DNA of 64,000 bases from Octopus vulgaris (GCA_951406725.2 OX597819.1:81716001-81780000), one strand, 5' to 3'. Positions 1 through 11,550 are shown, counted from the stretch's first letter. Notes: a model not told the origin generated them from the letters alone. Made by a program: numbers and translations.

Positions 1-44
1 ACAGTTAGGACTTTGTGTTCCACAGAACAACTGCACATCCAACA
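1..44 (+). CDS. trh: trachealess/NPAS1-3 bHLH-PAS gene, partial exon (end of PAS-A); gene begins upstream of window
   Basis: Reads QLGLCVPQNNCTSN then GTATGT donor; QLG matches EQLG at the end of PAS-A in trh/NPAS3; phase 1 joins the 1005 exon. Confidence 0.8.
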
Positions 45-183
45 GTATGTATCTTATCTTTTCTCCCCACCCCCACCACAACCTCCCGCCTTCTTTCATA
101 ACAACACTAAGTTTAAATTATCACTAGAATTATCATAGTCAAACAGAAACTTGCGGTAGTCATATTAAGCAATTTTAGAATCT

Positions 184-902
184 CAGTCACATTTTCAGTA
201 GTTTTCATTTAAAATTTAAAGTTCTATATATCTCATTTTAATTAATTAATTTTTCATAATCACAACTATTATTGCTGTTGTTGTTTTGCAGTCCTAGAAT
301 AGTCCTGATAAATAGATCTAGTGATTTTCAGCTACGTCAAAGGTCTTGAACTCAGCACTGAAAGTATAAAAAAGTGGTTGTTAATAATGAAAATGCTCCT
401 GCTGCCTACTATTATTGATGTTGTTAATGTTTATAGCCCAAGGTCACTCTTGTCAAGCAGACTTATCATCATAAGCTTATGAGTCCATCACCAAGTAAGA
501 GGGTTACATGAAAATTTTGTACTTGAATGTGTCTTTTTATAAGATGGTAGGGTTTGCTTCAAGACGATCTAGTTGTGACTACCACATTTTTTTTATCTCT
601 GAAACCTAGCATATCTAAGATCACATCACCCAATGTATCCTTCTTTTCTAGTGTAGTTTGAGGGAGATTTGGTTCTCTTTCTAGCAGGTTGAAAGATAGC
701 CATTTAGAGGCTCTAGTATTGAATCCATTAATAGATTGGCTTCTATCAAGCACATAGAAGCTTTTTCATAGTCCAGTCACATTTTTAGTAGTTTTCATTT
801 AAAATTTAAAGTTCTATATATCTCATTTTAATCAATTAATTTTTCATAATCACAACTATTATTGCTGCTGTTGTCCTAGAATAGTCCTGATAAATAGATC
901 TA
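184..902. repeat. near-identical ~135 bp direct repeat (184-320 and 774-902)
   Basis: cagtcacatttt(c/t)agtagttttcatttaaaatttaaagttctatatatctc...agtcctgataaatagatcta occurs twice. Confidence 0.95.
474..533 (+). pseudogene. decayed partial copy of the trh exon at 2574
   Basis: About 44/56 nt identical to 2577-2632 by hand alignment; reads LMSPSPSKRVT*KFCT*M versus VMNPSPSKGVTRTFCVRM. Confidence 0.75.
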
Positions 903-1004
903 TGACGAAAGACATTCCAGCCTTCCAACCATAACTTCCCTGTATTTGTTGTTTTTATTATTTATTCATTTATTTATTTATTTATTTATATTTTTTTCTT
1001 ATAG

Positions 1005-1094
1005 GTGGAGGTGTACCATCACCAGGTTCTAACTCTGATGAGGGTTCGAGTACAAATCATTCCCGATCAATGACGCCTCCGCTTGGAGAACGCT
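1005..1094 (+). CDS. trh: trachealess exon (Ser/Pro-rich PAS-A insert)
   Basis: Pyrimidine tract + TAG acceptor, GTGAGT donor; SGGVPSPGSNSDEGSSTNHSRSMTPPLGER resembles the trh SP..SDDGS linker; phase 1-1. Confidence 0.85.
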
Positions 1095-1409
1095 GTGAGT
1101 ATATTTTCAAATAATGTCCCAGATAATTTTGCAAACTATTTCTCATTGCTATTCTCTCTTCTAAAAGAGGAAAATAGACAGAGAAAACGTAACGCAATTT
1201 CTGAAAAGCTTATGAGAACACACTCTTTTGGCAGGACAAGTTTTAAGACACTTAATCAGATTTGTTTAAATTGGGCTCTTTTCCAAAAGAAGACCCCATG
1301 CCAAGAGAAGACCCTGTGTCAAGAGAGGGCACTGCACCAAGAGAGGGCTCCATGTACATACTCAAACAAATGACACTATGATGAATTTTTAATACATTAT
1401 TGTGGCTAA

Positions 1410-1662
1410 TGGTGGAGGTGCATGGCTTAGTGGTTAGAGTGTCAGCATCATGATCATAAGATTGAGGTTTCGATTCCTGGACCAGGCGACACGTGTTCTT
1501 GAGCAAAACACTTCATTTGATGTTGCTCCAGTCCACTCAGCTGGCAAAAATGAGTAACACTGTGAAGGACTCGCGACCTGTCCAGCTGGGGAACACATAC
1601 ACCATAGAAACCAGGCCCATGAGCCTGACTAGGCTTTAAAAGGGTGCGTTTATTTTATTATT
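1410..1662 (+). mobile_element. tRNA-derived SINE with 13-bp target-site duplication
   Basis: A-box TGGCTTAGTGG, B-box-like GTTTCGATTCC, (TTTA) tail; TSD ttattgtggctaa at 1397-1409 and 1663-1675. Related heads at ~24060 and ~26423. Confidence 0.9.
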
Positions 1663-1847
1663 TTATTGTGGCTAAATGTGGAGCCTCAAGCCTTCAACAT
1701 GTTTTGGCTGGGATTGACATACTACACAAAGTATAAAGTGTCAATTTTTGGCTTTTGTAGAATAGAGAGACCCACTGACAATCCTCTAATTGGGCCTCAC
1801 ACTCCCTAGTGCTGACCCACTTTTGGGTTAATATTCCATCTGACATA

Positions 1848-2070
1848 AGGTGGCGAGCAGAAATGTTAGCATGTTGAGTGAAATGTTTAGCAGTATTTTG
1901 TCTGTCTTTACTTTCTGAATTCAAATTTCGCCAAGGTCAACTTTGCCTTTCATCCTTTTGGGTGGGGGTGAGGGTTAATAAATTAAGTACCAGTTGTGTA
2001 CTGGGGTCGATCTAATCTATTGGCCCCCTCCCCCAAAATTTCAGGCCTTGTGCCAAGAGTAGAAAAGAAT
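1848..2070 (+). mobile_element. SINE with Nin/Deu-like central domain
   Basis: ggtcaactttgcctttcatcctttt...aaattaagtaccag; further copies at ~10225, ~10450, 25230-25612(-), 26905-27075(-), 30690-30920(-), 33870-34075(-), 38900-39108, 54135-54330, 60240-60385. Confidence 0.8.
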
Positions 2071-2573
2071 ATTCCATCTGACATGTCTTTATTCAAATTT
2101 GGCAACTTTTATTCTTTTACTAGTTTCAATCATTGGATTGGGGCCCTACTAGGAAACTATCTCAGTGGGTATTAGTTGATTATATAGACAATAATATTTT
2201 CTCTGGGACTTATTGTATTGATATTATAGGAGTAGCCTCAGCAGTGGCAACAACAACAATGATTTTGATGGTGTTGTTTTCAACAGTGATGTGATCTGTG
2301 ACATCATTTTCTCAAGACCCAGTGCATCTGAGACCACATCACCCAATGTATCTTTCTTTGAGAGACATTTGGTTGCTATTTCTTGCAGGTTCAGAGAAAA
2401 TCCACTTTGAGGCTTTGATATCAACTCATTAAGACTGATGTTGTTCTTTATGCTGTGGCAAAGGCAACATGACCAATATATTGGTCTCCTAACTAAAAAC
2501 TTTCATCGCAGACACTTTCATTTCATTTTTTTTTTTTAAATAATTATCATTTTTCTTTTTATTCTTTTCTCAG

Positions 2574-2683
2574 GCCAGGTTATGAACCCATCACCAAGTA
2601 AAGGAGTGACACGAACATTTTGTGTTCGAATGAAGTCAACACTAACTAAAAGAGGAGTACATGTAAAATGTTCAGGCTACAGA
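2574..2683 (+). CDS. trh: trachealess exon
   Basis: CAG acceptor, GTAAGT donor; CQVMNPSPSKGVTRTFCVRMKSTLTKRGVHVKCSGYR contains the trh/NPAS3 signature RMKSTLTKRG..K.SGY. Confidence 0.96.
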
Positions 2684-3117
2684 GTAAGTCTTCTTTTAAT
2701 GGGTTTCCACTTTCATTTCAGAGTGAACGTGAAAGAAAAAAGAAAGAGAGAAAAAAAGTGACAGAGAGAGAGTATATTATTGCATGGGTGAATGAGATGT
2801 GTGCGAGTTTGTACTTTTGTGGGTGTGAATGTGTGCTGTACTGGCAGTACTATAGCACTTTTTTTGTTTGTTTTGTTTTGTATTTCTAAATTTTCATGAG
2901 TCACTAGAACTCATAAGATCAGTTACCCAGTTTCCATGGCCTATCAGTGATTGAGATTACACCATTCCTTCTGAATGGGATGCCAGTCTGTTGCAGAGAT
3001 CAAGACCTATTTCTCTAGCTAGTTGAGTTCCCATGAGGAGGCTGCCTTAGTTGTTGTCATAGCTGTTGCTAAGCCAAAGTCAGCTCTGATCAAAATCTGT
3101 AGTCAAGAGGTATTTAA

Positions 3118-3337
3118 CCCATTCGTTACTAGCCTACTTGAAACTGGCTCTGGCTCTGAGTACAAATATCTTCTTTTCATAAGTTTTGAATTAAAATCTT
3201 CAACCAAACCTTAGTCACAATTTATGTTCCTAACACTAGCTGAATGATAACTAAGCTATTTTACTAAATTTTTTGTAATATTTAAAGTAATTGAAAGAAA
3301 CACAGAGCATCTCAAAATAAATACAGTAACAAAAGGG
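3118..3337. mobile_element. piggyBac-type MITE
   Basis: TTAA on both sides; TIRs CCCATTCGTTACT / AGTAACAAAAGGG. Confidence 0.85.
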
Positions 3338-3611
3338 TTAAGCCATTACCCTTCCACCTTTTTTTTTCTTTTTTTTCTGCAGGCATCACATAACTCAAAT
3401 ATGCATTATCCAATGTATCCATTTCTTTTTTTTTAAAGATGACAGACCTTGGTTTTGAGTGAGACTTAGCTCCTAAATCAAGCAACCAAATAAGGATTTC
3501 CCCCATTGACTTATTAATAATGCATGTATGCACCTGTAAAATGTTAGAGATTATTTAATAACCTTCTTCTATTAAAAACTGAACTGTGGTGCAAATATGA
3601 AATAAAAGTAT

Positions 3612-3793
3612 AGGTGCAGGCGTGGCTGTGTGGTAAGAAGCTTACTTCCCAACCACATGGTTCAGTCCCACTGCATGGCACCTTGTTCAAGTGTCTTCTA
3701 CTATAGCCTCAGACCAACTAAAACCGTGTGAGTAGATTTGGTAGACGGAAACTAAAAGAAGCCTGTTGTGTATGTATATATATATATATATTT

Positions 3794-3845
<52 letters not shown>

Positions 3846-4058
3846 GTATGTATGTCTTTCTGACTATGTTTGTCCCCACTGTCATCACTTGACAACTGAT
3901 GATAGTGTGTTTATGTCCCTGAAACTTAGCAGTTCAGCAAAAGAGACTAATAGAATAAGTACTGGGCTTACAAAGAATCAGTCCGGGGTCGATTTGTTCG
4001 ACTAAAGGCATTGCTCTAGCATGGCCATTGTCAAATGACTGAAACGTGTAAAAGAATA
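3612..4058 (+). mobile_element. abundant tRNA-derived CORE-type SINE with internal (TA)n
   Basis: Head gtggctgtgtggtaagaag, ggcaccttg..caagtgtctt block, tail atggcc..tcaaatgactgaaac..gtaaaag; copies at 8088-8345, 8418-8610, ~20134, 20755-21140(-), ~22820, 23770-23968, 46604-47180, 48200-48400. Confidence 0.85.
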
Positions 4059-4077
4059 AAAGGATATAAAAGAATCT

Positions 4078-4303
4078 TAATCCTTTTGTATTTAAACCAA
4101 CCATATTCAGCTCAAATATTCAATCTGCTTAATGCTCAAACTAGCCAGATCCAGCCTCTCACACTTATCCTACAATGTTATTCTAAAAATATACAATCAC
4201 ATCATCAAAATCTCAAGGCTACAATTAATACATGATTAATTCAAAACTATGTGAATAAACAAACATTACATTTGACAGAGTAATATGAATGCTAACTGGT
4301 TAA
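4078..4303. mobile_element. piggyBac-type MITE, second family (degenerate)
   Basis: TTAA-bounded; homologous to copies at 53340-53543, 58503-58724 and 60883-61102 (TIR consensus CCCTTTAGCATT). Confidence 0.7.
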
Positions 4304-4345
4304 ATAAATTATTTGATTATTTATTTGCATAAATTTTCATTTTAG

Positions 4346-4539
4346 GTTGTTCATATCATGGCATCTCTTCGTAGTCATATGAGTTTCCCTATGGGCCGGA
4401 AACATCCACCTTCACTCCTGGGATTAGTTGGCATGGCAATAGCTTTGCCACCACCCACAATTACTGAGTTGCGTATTGACAGTGATATCTTTATCACTCG
4501 ACTAAGTCCGGATTTTACAGTTCTCTACTGTGAACCAAT
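4346..4539 (+). CDS. trh: trachealess exon (PAS-A/PAS-B junction)
   Basis: VVHIMASLR...LLGLVGMAIALPPPTITELRIDSDIFITRLSPDFTVLYCEP matches NPAS3 ALPPPTINEVRID..F.TR; TAG/GTAAGT sites. Confidence 0.97.
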
Positions 4540-4914
4540 GTAAGTATTCCTATTTTGTTTTTCTGTTATTGTCATTATGATGTCATATTTAACAGAAATT
4601 TTGCAGAGCATTTAACAAATGTCATGTTCCTGATTTTCTTATCCTTAATACAGATTAAAATAAATCCAACCAGCATAATATGGGTAATTAGCTAAGAGAG
4701 TAAAGACACTGTTATAAGGAAAACCACAAATAGTGTTCATTACAGCTACTCAGAGTTTCATGTCCAAAACATTGATTTCACCATTTTTCAAGCTGATAAC
4801 AGAATGGTTTGATCATCTTGTTCTCAGGCCGAAAAAAATGGGAAAATAAATGTTTCTGCAATGAACCCTGGATAGCTGTAATTAACAAGGTATGTGGTCA
4901 TTATTATAACGTTA

Positions 4915-5295
4915 TAGACTATGACTACTGAGGATATATGATGGCTTGGAACAAATGAAGCCAGTATGCTCTACTGGATGGGTAATGTCAGTGTGCATAT
5001 ATAACAGAGTGTAAGTGATTTGAGAGAAAAACTGGGTATACAAGGCATCAGGTGTAGTGTGCAAGAGAGAAGACTGTACTGGTATGGTCATGTAATGCAT
5101 ATGAATGAAGACAGTTGCATCAAGAAGTGCTGATCTCTAATTGTAGAGGGAACATGTAGAAGAAGTAAACTCAGGAAGATGTGGAAAGAAGTGGTGAGAA
5201 AGGATTTACTGACATTGGGACTCACAGAGGGAATGGCAGAGGACTGAAACTCCTTGCAGTTCGCTGTGCTTCAGATAACACACCATACCAAGTGA
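4915..5295 (+). mobile_element. RTE-clade LINE 3' fragment
   Basis: NEASMLYWMGNVSVH...QERRLYWYGHVMHMNEDSCIKKC* homologous to the C-terminus of the LINE at 36831-37553. Confidence 0.9.
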
Positions 5296-5481
5296 AAGTG
5301 TGATTGTCCCCTGCGTCCATCTTCAGCTGAGCATTCCTAATCTTGTGTCATTGAGACCCAAAGGTGTCAGGTAATGCTGAATAAGTGCTATAGACGGACC
5401 ATAGTTAAGTTCCAGATTCGGTAATTTTGCGAATAAGGGTCCAACGTTGGTTCTATGTCAGCATGTGTATATAAGAATTTT

Positions 5482-5955
5482 TTGCGTAATAAGATAAAAA
5501 ACCAAGGCTGTGTAGATATTAGAGCATTTATAGGCAGAAGGTCTTACAGCTGTTTCTAGGATATTTATTGATTATATCCCTTCATCGGAGACGGTGTGAG
5601 AGGATGGTTAAGTCATAGTTAGTTTAGATGTGATACAAAATAGAGAGTGAGGTAGAGGAAAGAAAATAGATGAAAGATATGTATGTATATTGAAGTTGTA
5701 AATCCATTTTTTAGGCATAATGGTATATATGCAATATTCCAATATCCTATGAGTAAAGTTCAAAAGTTCAACAGAGTTTAAAATGGGTCCTTCCTTATAG
5801 AGTTTATAAGTAATGTAAGATTCCCTTATGAGTGAGATCCAGCAGATTTTTAAACTTGGTCATTCCCAGTAGGGAATTTATATACAGTGTTGCAGAGTCA
5901 AAGGTTTTTATTTAAAGTGACCTAAAGTGACAGCCTTGGTGTTTTATCTTATTAC

Positions 5956-5959
<4 letters not shown>
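5482..5959 (-). mobile_element. Penelope-like element remnant (pLTR with inverted partial copy)
   Basis: 30-bp inverted repeat (5482-5511 / 5930-5959, 28/30 identical) enclosing a minimal hammerhead motif; abuts (TA)n. Confidence 0.65.
5541..5592 (-). ncRNA. minimal type I hammerhead ribozyme motif
   Basis: Minus strand: GTCT-CCGATGA-A-GGGATAT-aatcaataa-ATATCCT-A-GAAA-CAGCTG-TA-AGAC (stem I, core, stem II, GAAA, palindromic stem III, GUA site). Confidence 0.75.
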
Positions 5960-6032
<73 letters not shown>

Positions 6033-6252
6033 GGAATTTCCCAAAAAAAAACAAAAAAACAAAAGACGAAGACGGGTGTGTAAACAACAAACAGATGTAT
6101 TAATTTAAAGCTCAGGAAATGAGAAAGTATTTTACGTTTTGAGCCTACATTCTTCAACAGAAAGGAACACAGAAATAAACAAAGAGAGAAAATAAAAAAA
6201 GGTTTAGTGGCTAGTGATCAATATATTATATATATATATAGATATTATATAT

Positions 6253-6305
<53 letters not shown>

Positions 6306-6666
6306 AAAAGAGAATAAGAGAGAGAGAGATGTATGTGTGGTTGTGTGAGTGACTTCAACTGAGTGGTTACAGCAAAAAGTGGTCTCCCACTTACCCAGGA
6401 AAGAAGCACAAGCCATTGTTACAATTTACTCTGACTCACATAGATTCTGCAACCTCTTATTAAGACACTCACAAACACCTTAGACACATCATGAACATTC
6501 TAGAACACTACTAAGCTCACTATGATAACTGACTGAACAAGACAAGCACAAAGTATGATGACTGAAGACACTTGGTTATAAACATATGGTTATAAACTTC
6601 TTAACTACACAGCTAAGTAATTTTTTTGAATATATTGTAATGTTTTCAACTGCTTATATTTTTTAG

Positions 6667-6773
6667 CATTTCTGACATGATGGATCTTACAGCTGAAGAT
6701 TTAACAAACAAGGTCTTGTATGAATTCTGTCATGCCGGAGACTTACAGAAATTACGCAAATCTCATGTAGATA
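6667..6773 (+). CDS. trh: trachealess exon (PAS-B)
   Basis: ISDMMDLTAEDLTNKVLYEFCHAGDLQKLRKSHVD; TAG/GTAAGT; phases fit both neighbours. Confidence 0.96.
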
Positions 6774-8624
6774 GTAAGTAAAACAAATTCACTTTTCTAC
6801 AAGTAACCTACTACTGATTTTATCTACTACCTGTCTCGGTGCCCCTAGTATGAATAAAGAAGAACAGTCTGGATGAAGATAGTATATTTACTTACATTTA
6901 AAGATTTGAGGCATTGAGAATTGAAACAACCGGTTGTAAAATGACATTCACTTCTTACAAATATTCAGCTTTGCAAAACTGTCTGTCCTAAGCTAAGATG
7001 GAATTAATGATGGGACCATGTAAACTCCACCAATACATACACATGCATGCACACACACACACACACACACACACTTACATATATATAATCAGCCGAAATT
7101 GCAAGGATAATCTGGTGCTTGACTGATGAAAGAAAACTTCAAATGACCCGTTCTTGTTTTCTTTGTATCGTCTATCTCGTTATGCAAGTACATCTCGGTA
7201 ATATATTAAGCAATGATAATAATATTAAACAATTTACTTAGTCTATTATTTTCTTTTCTCAAAATTGTATCTCTTTGGCGGTAACTCATTCATATTTCCT
7301 TCCCAAGTACCAACTTGTAACAGTTTAGACTTAACTGCAATCACACTTGTTGAGTTAATGCTAATATAGTTAATGTAATGAACATCAAAACACTAATGTG
7401 GTGAGGAAAAGATAATATTCATTAAATGACTAATACTATTCTAATCTTTTAGTCCCATATGGGAGACAACTCCAAACATGTTTTGATCTTATTAAACCTT
7501 TTCAATGAAGTATAGCCTTCACTGTATTTATGAAATAGTGATGAGAAAATTAGAATATCTCTCTATAGAATCACTTGGAGAAAGTACACAGAGGCACCAT
7601 CTGCTTTATAGGAATAGCTAAGTTAATACTAACATATCTCACCTTGATTTCCTCCCTTTCCTATACTAGATAGACTTTGTTTTTTATTGTTTTTATTTAT
7701 CTATTTAATTATTAGCCCATATATTTTTACAGAAGGAGAGGGGGAAGTTTAAATAATTTACGAAGAACAATTGTTTTTATATCGAGATTCTTTCATTCAT
7801 GTTAACCAAGCAGAGTTATGTACCTTGCCTTGCAGCACTCTGTTATAAGCCACATAATATGGTCAGCAGTTCAACTTGTTAACCTCAAAACCATTGTGCT
7901 TCTTACAACAAAATAAAAAGAAGTAGATGTAGCATCACTAACAAATAAAAGCAAAAAAAAACAATGTGGGGTGAAAGAAATAAGAAAAGTACTAATACAA
8001 GTTCTTGCCTTTGTCTCAAATTTACGCAAACAAAACACATCACTACAATTCATTCATGGAAATCAGGAAAGGAATTTTATTTTTCTTTTGGTAGACGGAA
8101 ACGGAAAGAAGCCCGTCGTATACATGTGTATGTATGTGTGTGTGTGTCTGTGTCTGTCCCCCCAACATAGCTTGATAACCAATGCTGGTGTGTTTACATC
8201 CTCGTAACTTAGCAGCTCGGCAAAAGACAATGATAGAATAAGTGCTAGGCTTACAAAGAATGAGTCCTGGGGTTGATTTGTTTGACTAAAGGCAGTGCTC
8301 CAGCATGGCAGCAGTCAAATGACTGAAACAAGTAAAAGAATAAAAGAGTAAAAGAATATATATCTGTGTGTGTATGTATGTATGTATGTACGTATGTATG
8401 TATGTATGTATGTATGTGTCTGCGTTTGTTCCCCCTCCATCACTTGACAACTGATGTTGTGTTTACATCTTCGTAATTTAGAGGTTCAGCAAAAGAGACC
8501 GATAGAATAAGTACTAGGCTTACAATAAGTCCTGGGGTTGATTTGTTTGACTAAAGGTGGTGCTCCAGCATGGTCAGAGTCAAATGAGTGAAACAAGTAA
8601 AAGAATAAAATATATACATTTATA

Positions 8625-9215
8625 TACCTTGGATCGTAGGGTGACCTGCTGTGCTTGGGGAGACCTATTGAGTCAAGTACATCAACATCAAACTAAATAT
8701 CAAATGGAAATTATAGTTGTGATACCTGTGCTGGTGGCGTGTAAAAAGCACCATCCAAACGTGGCCGATACGAGCGCCACCTTGACTGACTTCTGTGCCT
8801 GTGGCATGTGACCTGCTGTGCTTGAAGAGACCTATTGAGTCAAGTACATCAACATAAAATAAATATCAAATGGAAATTGTAGTTGTGATACCTGTGCCGA
8901 TGGCACGTAAAAAGCACTATCCGAACGTGGCCGATGCCAACACTGCCTTGACTGGCTTCTGTGCCGGTGGCACGTAAAAAGCACCAACTGATTGTGGCTG
9001 CTTCCAGCTTCCCCTGGCACCTGTGCCAGTGGTATGTAAAAAGCACCCACTACACTAACAGAGTGGTTGGCATTAGGAAGAAACAGCTGTAGAAACACTG
9101 GAGCCTGGTGTAGACTGGAGCCTGGTGTAGCCTCCTGGCTTCCCAGACCCCGGTCAAACCGTCCAACCCGTGCTAGCTTGGAAAACGGACGTTAAATGAT
9201 GATGATGATGATGAT
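8625..9215 (+). mobile_element. RTE LINE 3' UTR / RTE-tailed short element ending in (GAT)n
   Basis: GTGCCGGTGGCAC repeat units and tail aacccgtgctagc..gaaaacggacgttaaatgatgatgat, shared with the LINE at 36289-38711. Confidence 0.85.
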
Positions 9216-9244
9216 ATATGTGTGTTTTTTTTCTTTTCTTTTAG

Positions 9245-9392
9245 TTCTGTCAAAAGGCCAAGTATGTACTGATTACTACCGGCTAATGAATAAACATGGA
9301 GGTTATTGTTGGATTCAAACATGTGCTACAACCATCTGTAATGCTAAGAACTTGGATGATCAGAACATTATAGCTATCAATTATATAATAAG
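9245..9392 (+). CDS. trh: trachealess exon (PAS-B/PAC)
   Basis: ILSKGQVCTDYYRLMNKHGGYCWIQTCATTICNAKNLDDQNIIAINYIIS matches trh KGQV.T.YYRLMNK.GGY.W.QTCAT; TAG/GTTTGT. Confidence 0.97.
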
Positions 9393-10803
9393 GTTTGTAA
9401 TTAATTACTTGCTAAATTAACTAGACTGCTGTGATTAATCACTAATATAAAACTTTCAAATACTAAATTTTCTGATTTTGAATAAGTTTATGCGCAGTGA
9501 AGAAAGATGGAATTCTAATGCCCGTGAAATGTGTTAACTAACTCTTTCTTTTTTTTCAGACATAAACCATCCTTCAGGCATAAACTATCCTTAGTTTCCT
9601 TCAGTTTTGTTTTTCTGTGGTGGGCATAGAGAGAATGAGAAGTGTTAATGAAAGGCTATTCTGAAAATATATTGGAAAATAAATGTGTCAATTTGGCAGT
9701 TTACATATCCTCTCTCTCTCTCATGCACACCTTCTCTTTTGCACATATACTTTCTCTCTTTTACTGATACACAAATTCACTCACCCGCTCTCTCTCTCTC
9801 TCTCTCTTTCTTGCACTCTGTTGCTCTCTCTCTCTCGCACGCTGTTTAGTCCCACTGCATGGTACCTTGGCTAAATGTCTTCTACTGAACCTCCAGGTCA
9901 ACAAAAAACTTAGACAGAAATTGAAAGAAGCCAGTCATGAGTGTGCGTGTGTGTGTCCTTGATTTGGCATTATGTGATGGCTATAAATGAGCATTTCTAT
10001 CAAAAAAGCGGTGTCCTTTGTTTCATTTGCCATTGAAACACGTAAAACTAGGTAAAAATATTCCCTTACTTAGAAACAGGTGAGGGTTGGCAACAGTAAA
10101 GGGACCTAGCTGAAGAACCCTGCCTCAACAAATTTCATCTGACTCATGCCAACATAGAAAAGTGGACATTAAAAGGATAGTGATGGTTAATTAACACTTA
10201 TTACTAATTGATGCATTAGTGTAGAAGATTGGCAGAATGCTTTGCAACATTTCTCCTGGCTCTTTACATTCAGAGTTCAAATCCCACTGAGGGTAACTAT
10301 GCCTTTCATCCTTTAGGGTCAGTAAAATATGTAGTAGATAAACATTGGAGTTGATATAATCGACTATCCCCCTTCCCTAAAACTGCTGCTCTTGTGCTAA
10401 AGTTTGAAACTATTAAAGGCCACATACTGGGGAAGTCATAAGCATTTTGAGCAAAATGCTTAGCAGCATTTCTTTTGATTCTTTACATTCTTTGTTCAAA
10501 TTCTGCCATGGTCAATATTGCCTTTCATCCTTTTGGGATTGATAAAAGAAGTCCCAGATGAGCAATGGGATTGATGTAATCAACCTACCCACTCCACTAA
10601 AAACTGCTGACTTTGTACCAAGATTTAATGCCATTATCATTTGATTCATTGGTCAAATTTTTTGCCATATAACTGTAGTCTTTTCAATGAGTTCTCATTG
10701 AAAAGGTTACAGTTGTGTTTTTATTGCCAAAATGTTCCTCTCAAAAATAAAACAATTCTTATTATATTCTTCTATTCCTAAACAAATGTTTTCTATTTTG
10801 CAG

Positions 10804-10916
10804 TGGTTTGGAATGTGGTAACTGTGTTTTTGACACAAGTCAGCTAAAGAATGTAACTGGAATGAGCTCAAACAGTAGCAGTCTCAAAGACCAAATCAAC
10901 CAAGATACAGATATAG
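10804..10916 (+). CDS. trh: trachealess exon (post-PAC)
   Basis: CAG acceptor, GTATAT donor; GLECGNCVFDTSQLKNVTG... with the conserved D..QL; phase 2 in, phase 1 out, matching flanking exons. Confidence 0.88.
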
Positions 10917-11094
10917 GTATATAGATCTTTACTGACTTTGATGTCTTTAGAAATGACATTTTGAGTTCTGATTGACAAATTCCAAGATGATGAGGAAGAT
11001 ACACAAATAATTTGAAACAGTGCAGTTAAAATAGTATTGTAATTGATAACTAAGTTGTCTGGCAAGCAATTATCATAGTTACTCCTGAACTGTT

Positions 11095-11550
11095 GACCTG
11101 TATACTGGACAGCAAGATGGCTCCAATATTCTTGGTTTTTAGTATAGTTGCCTGTATCTTCCCATGTGATGCTAAGTTGCTTCAGACCTTCTTTGAGGGT
11201 GACATACCATGTCCTCTTGGGTCATTTTCTTTTTCTTTGTCCCTCTCCTGGCACTCAAGCTGGCTTGGGTGTTTGTCCTTCTTGCAGTTGGAAAACATGA
11301 CTCGCAAGTCTCACTCTTCTTTTCAGCACAATTTTCTGCGAGCTGTGCAAATTGGTTCTTCTAGAGACTTCAGTGTTTGTGATTCTGCCCCTGTAGGGGA
11401 TCTTGAGTATTCTACATAGACACAATTCATGAAATGCATTCAGCATCTGGGAAATCTTGGCAGTCATTTTCCAAGTTTCTCCTGCATAGACTGCTCTTAG
11501 TGGGACAATTCCTTGGTACGACCAGATCTTCATACTGTTGGCAAGCAATA
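11095..11550 (-). mobile_element. RTE-type LINE fragment (different subfamily)
   Basis: YAGETWKMTAK...LNAFHELCLCRILKIPYRGRITNTEVSRRT...RLASHV, typical of the RTE C-terminal region. Confidence 0.8.

Noticed and set aside
1036-1075. CTGATGAGGG as a hammerhead core
   Set aside because: It lies inside the trh coding exon 1005-1094 (S-D-E-G) and has no GAAA after a stem II.
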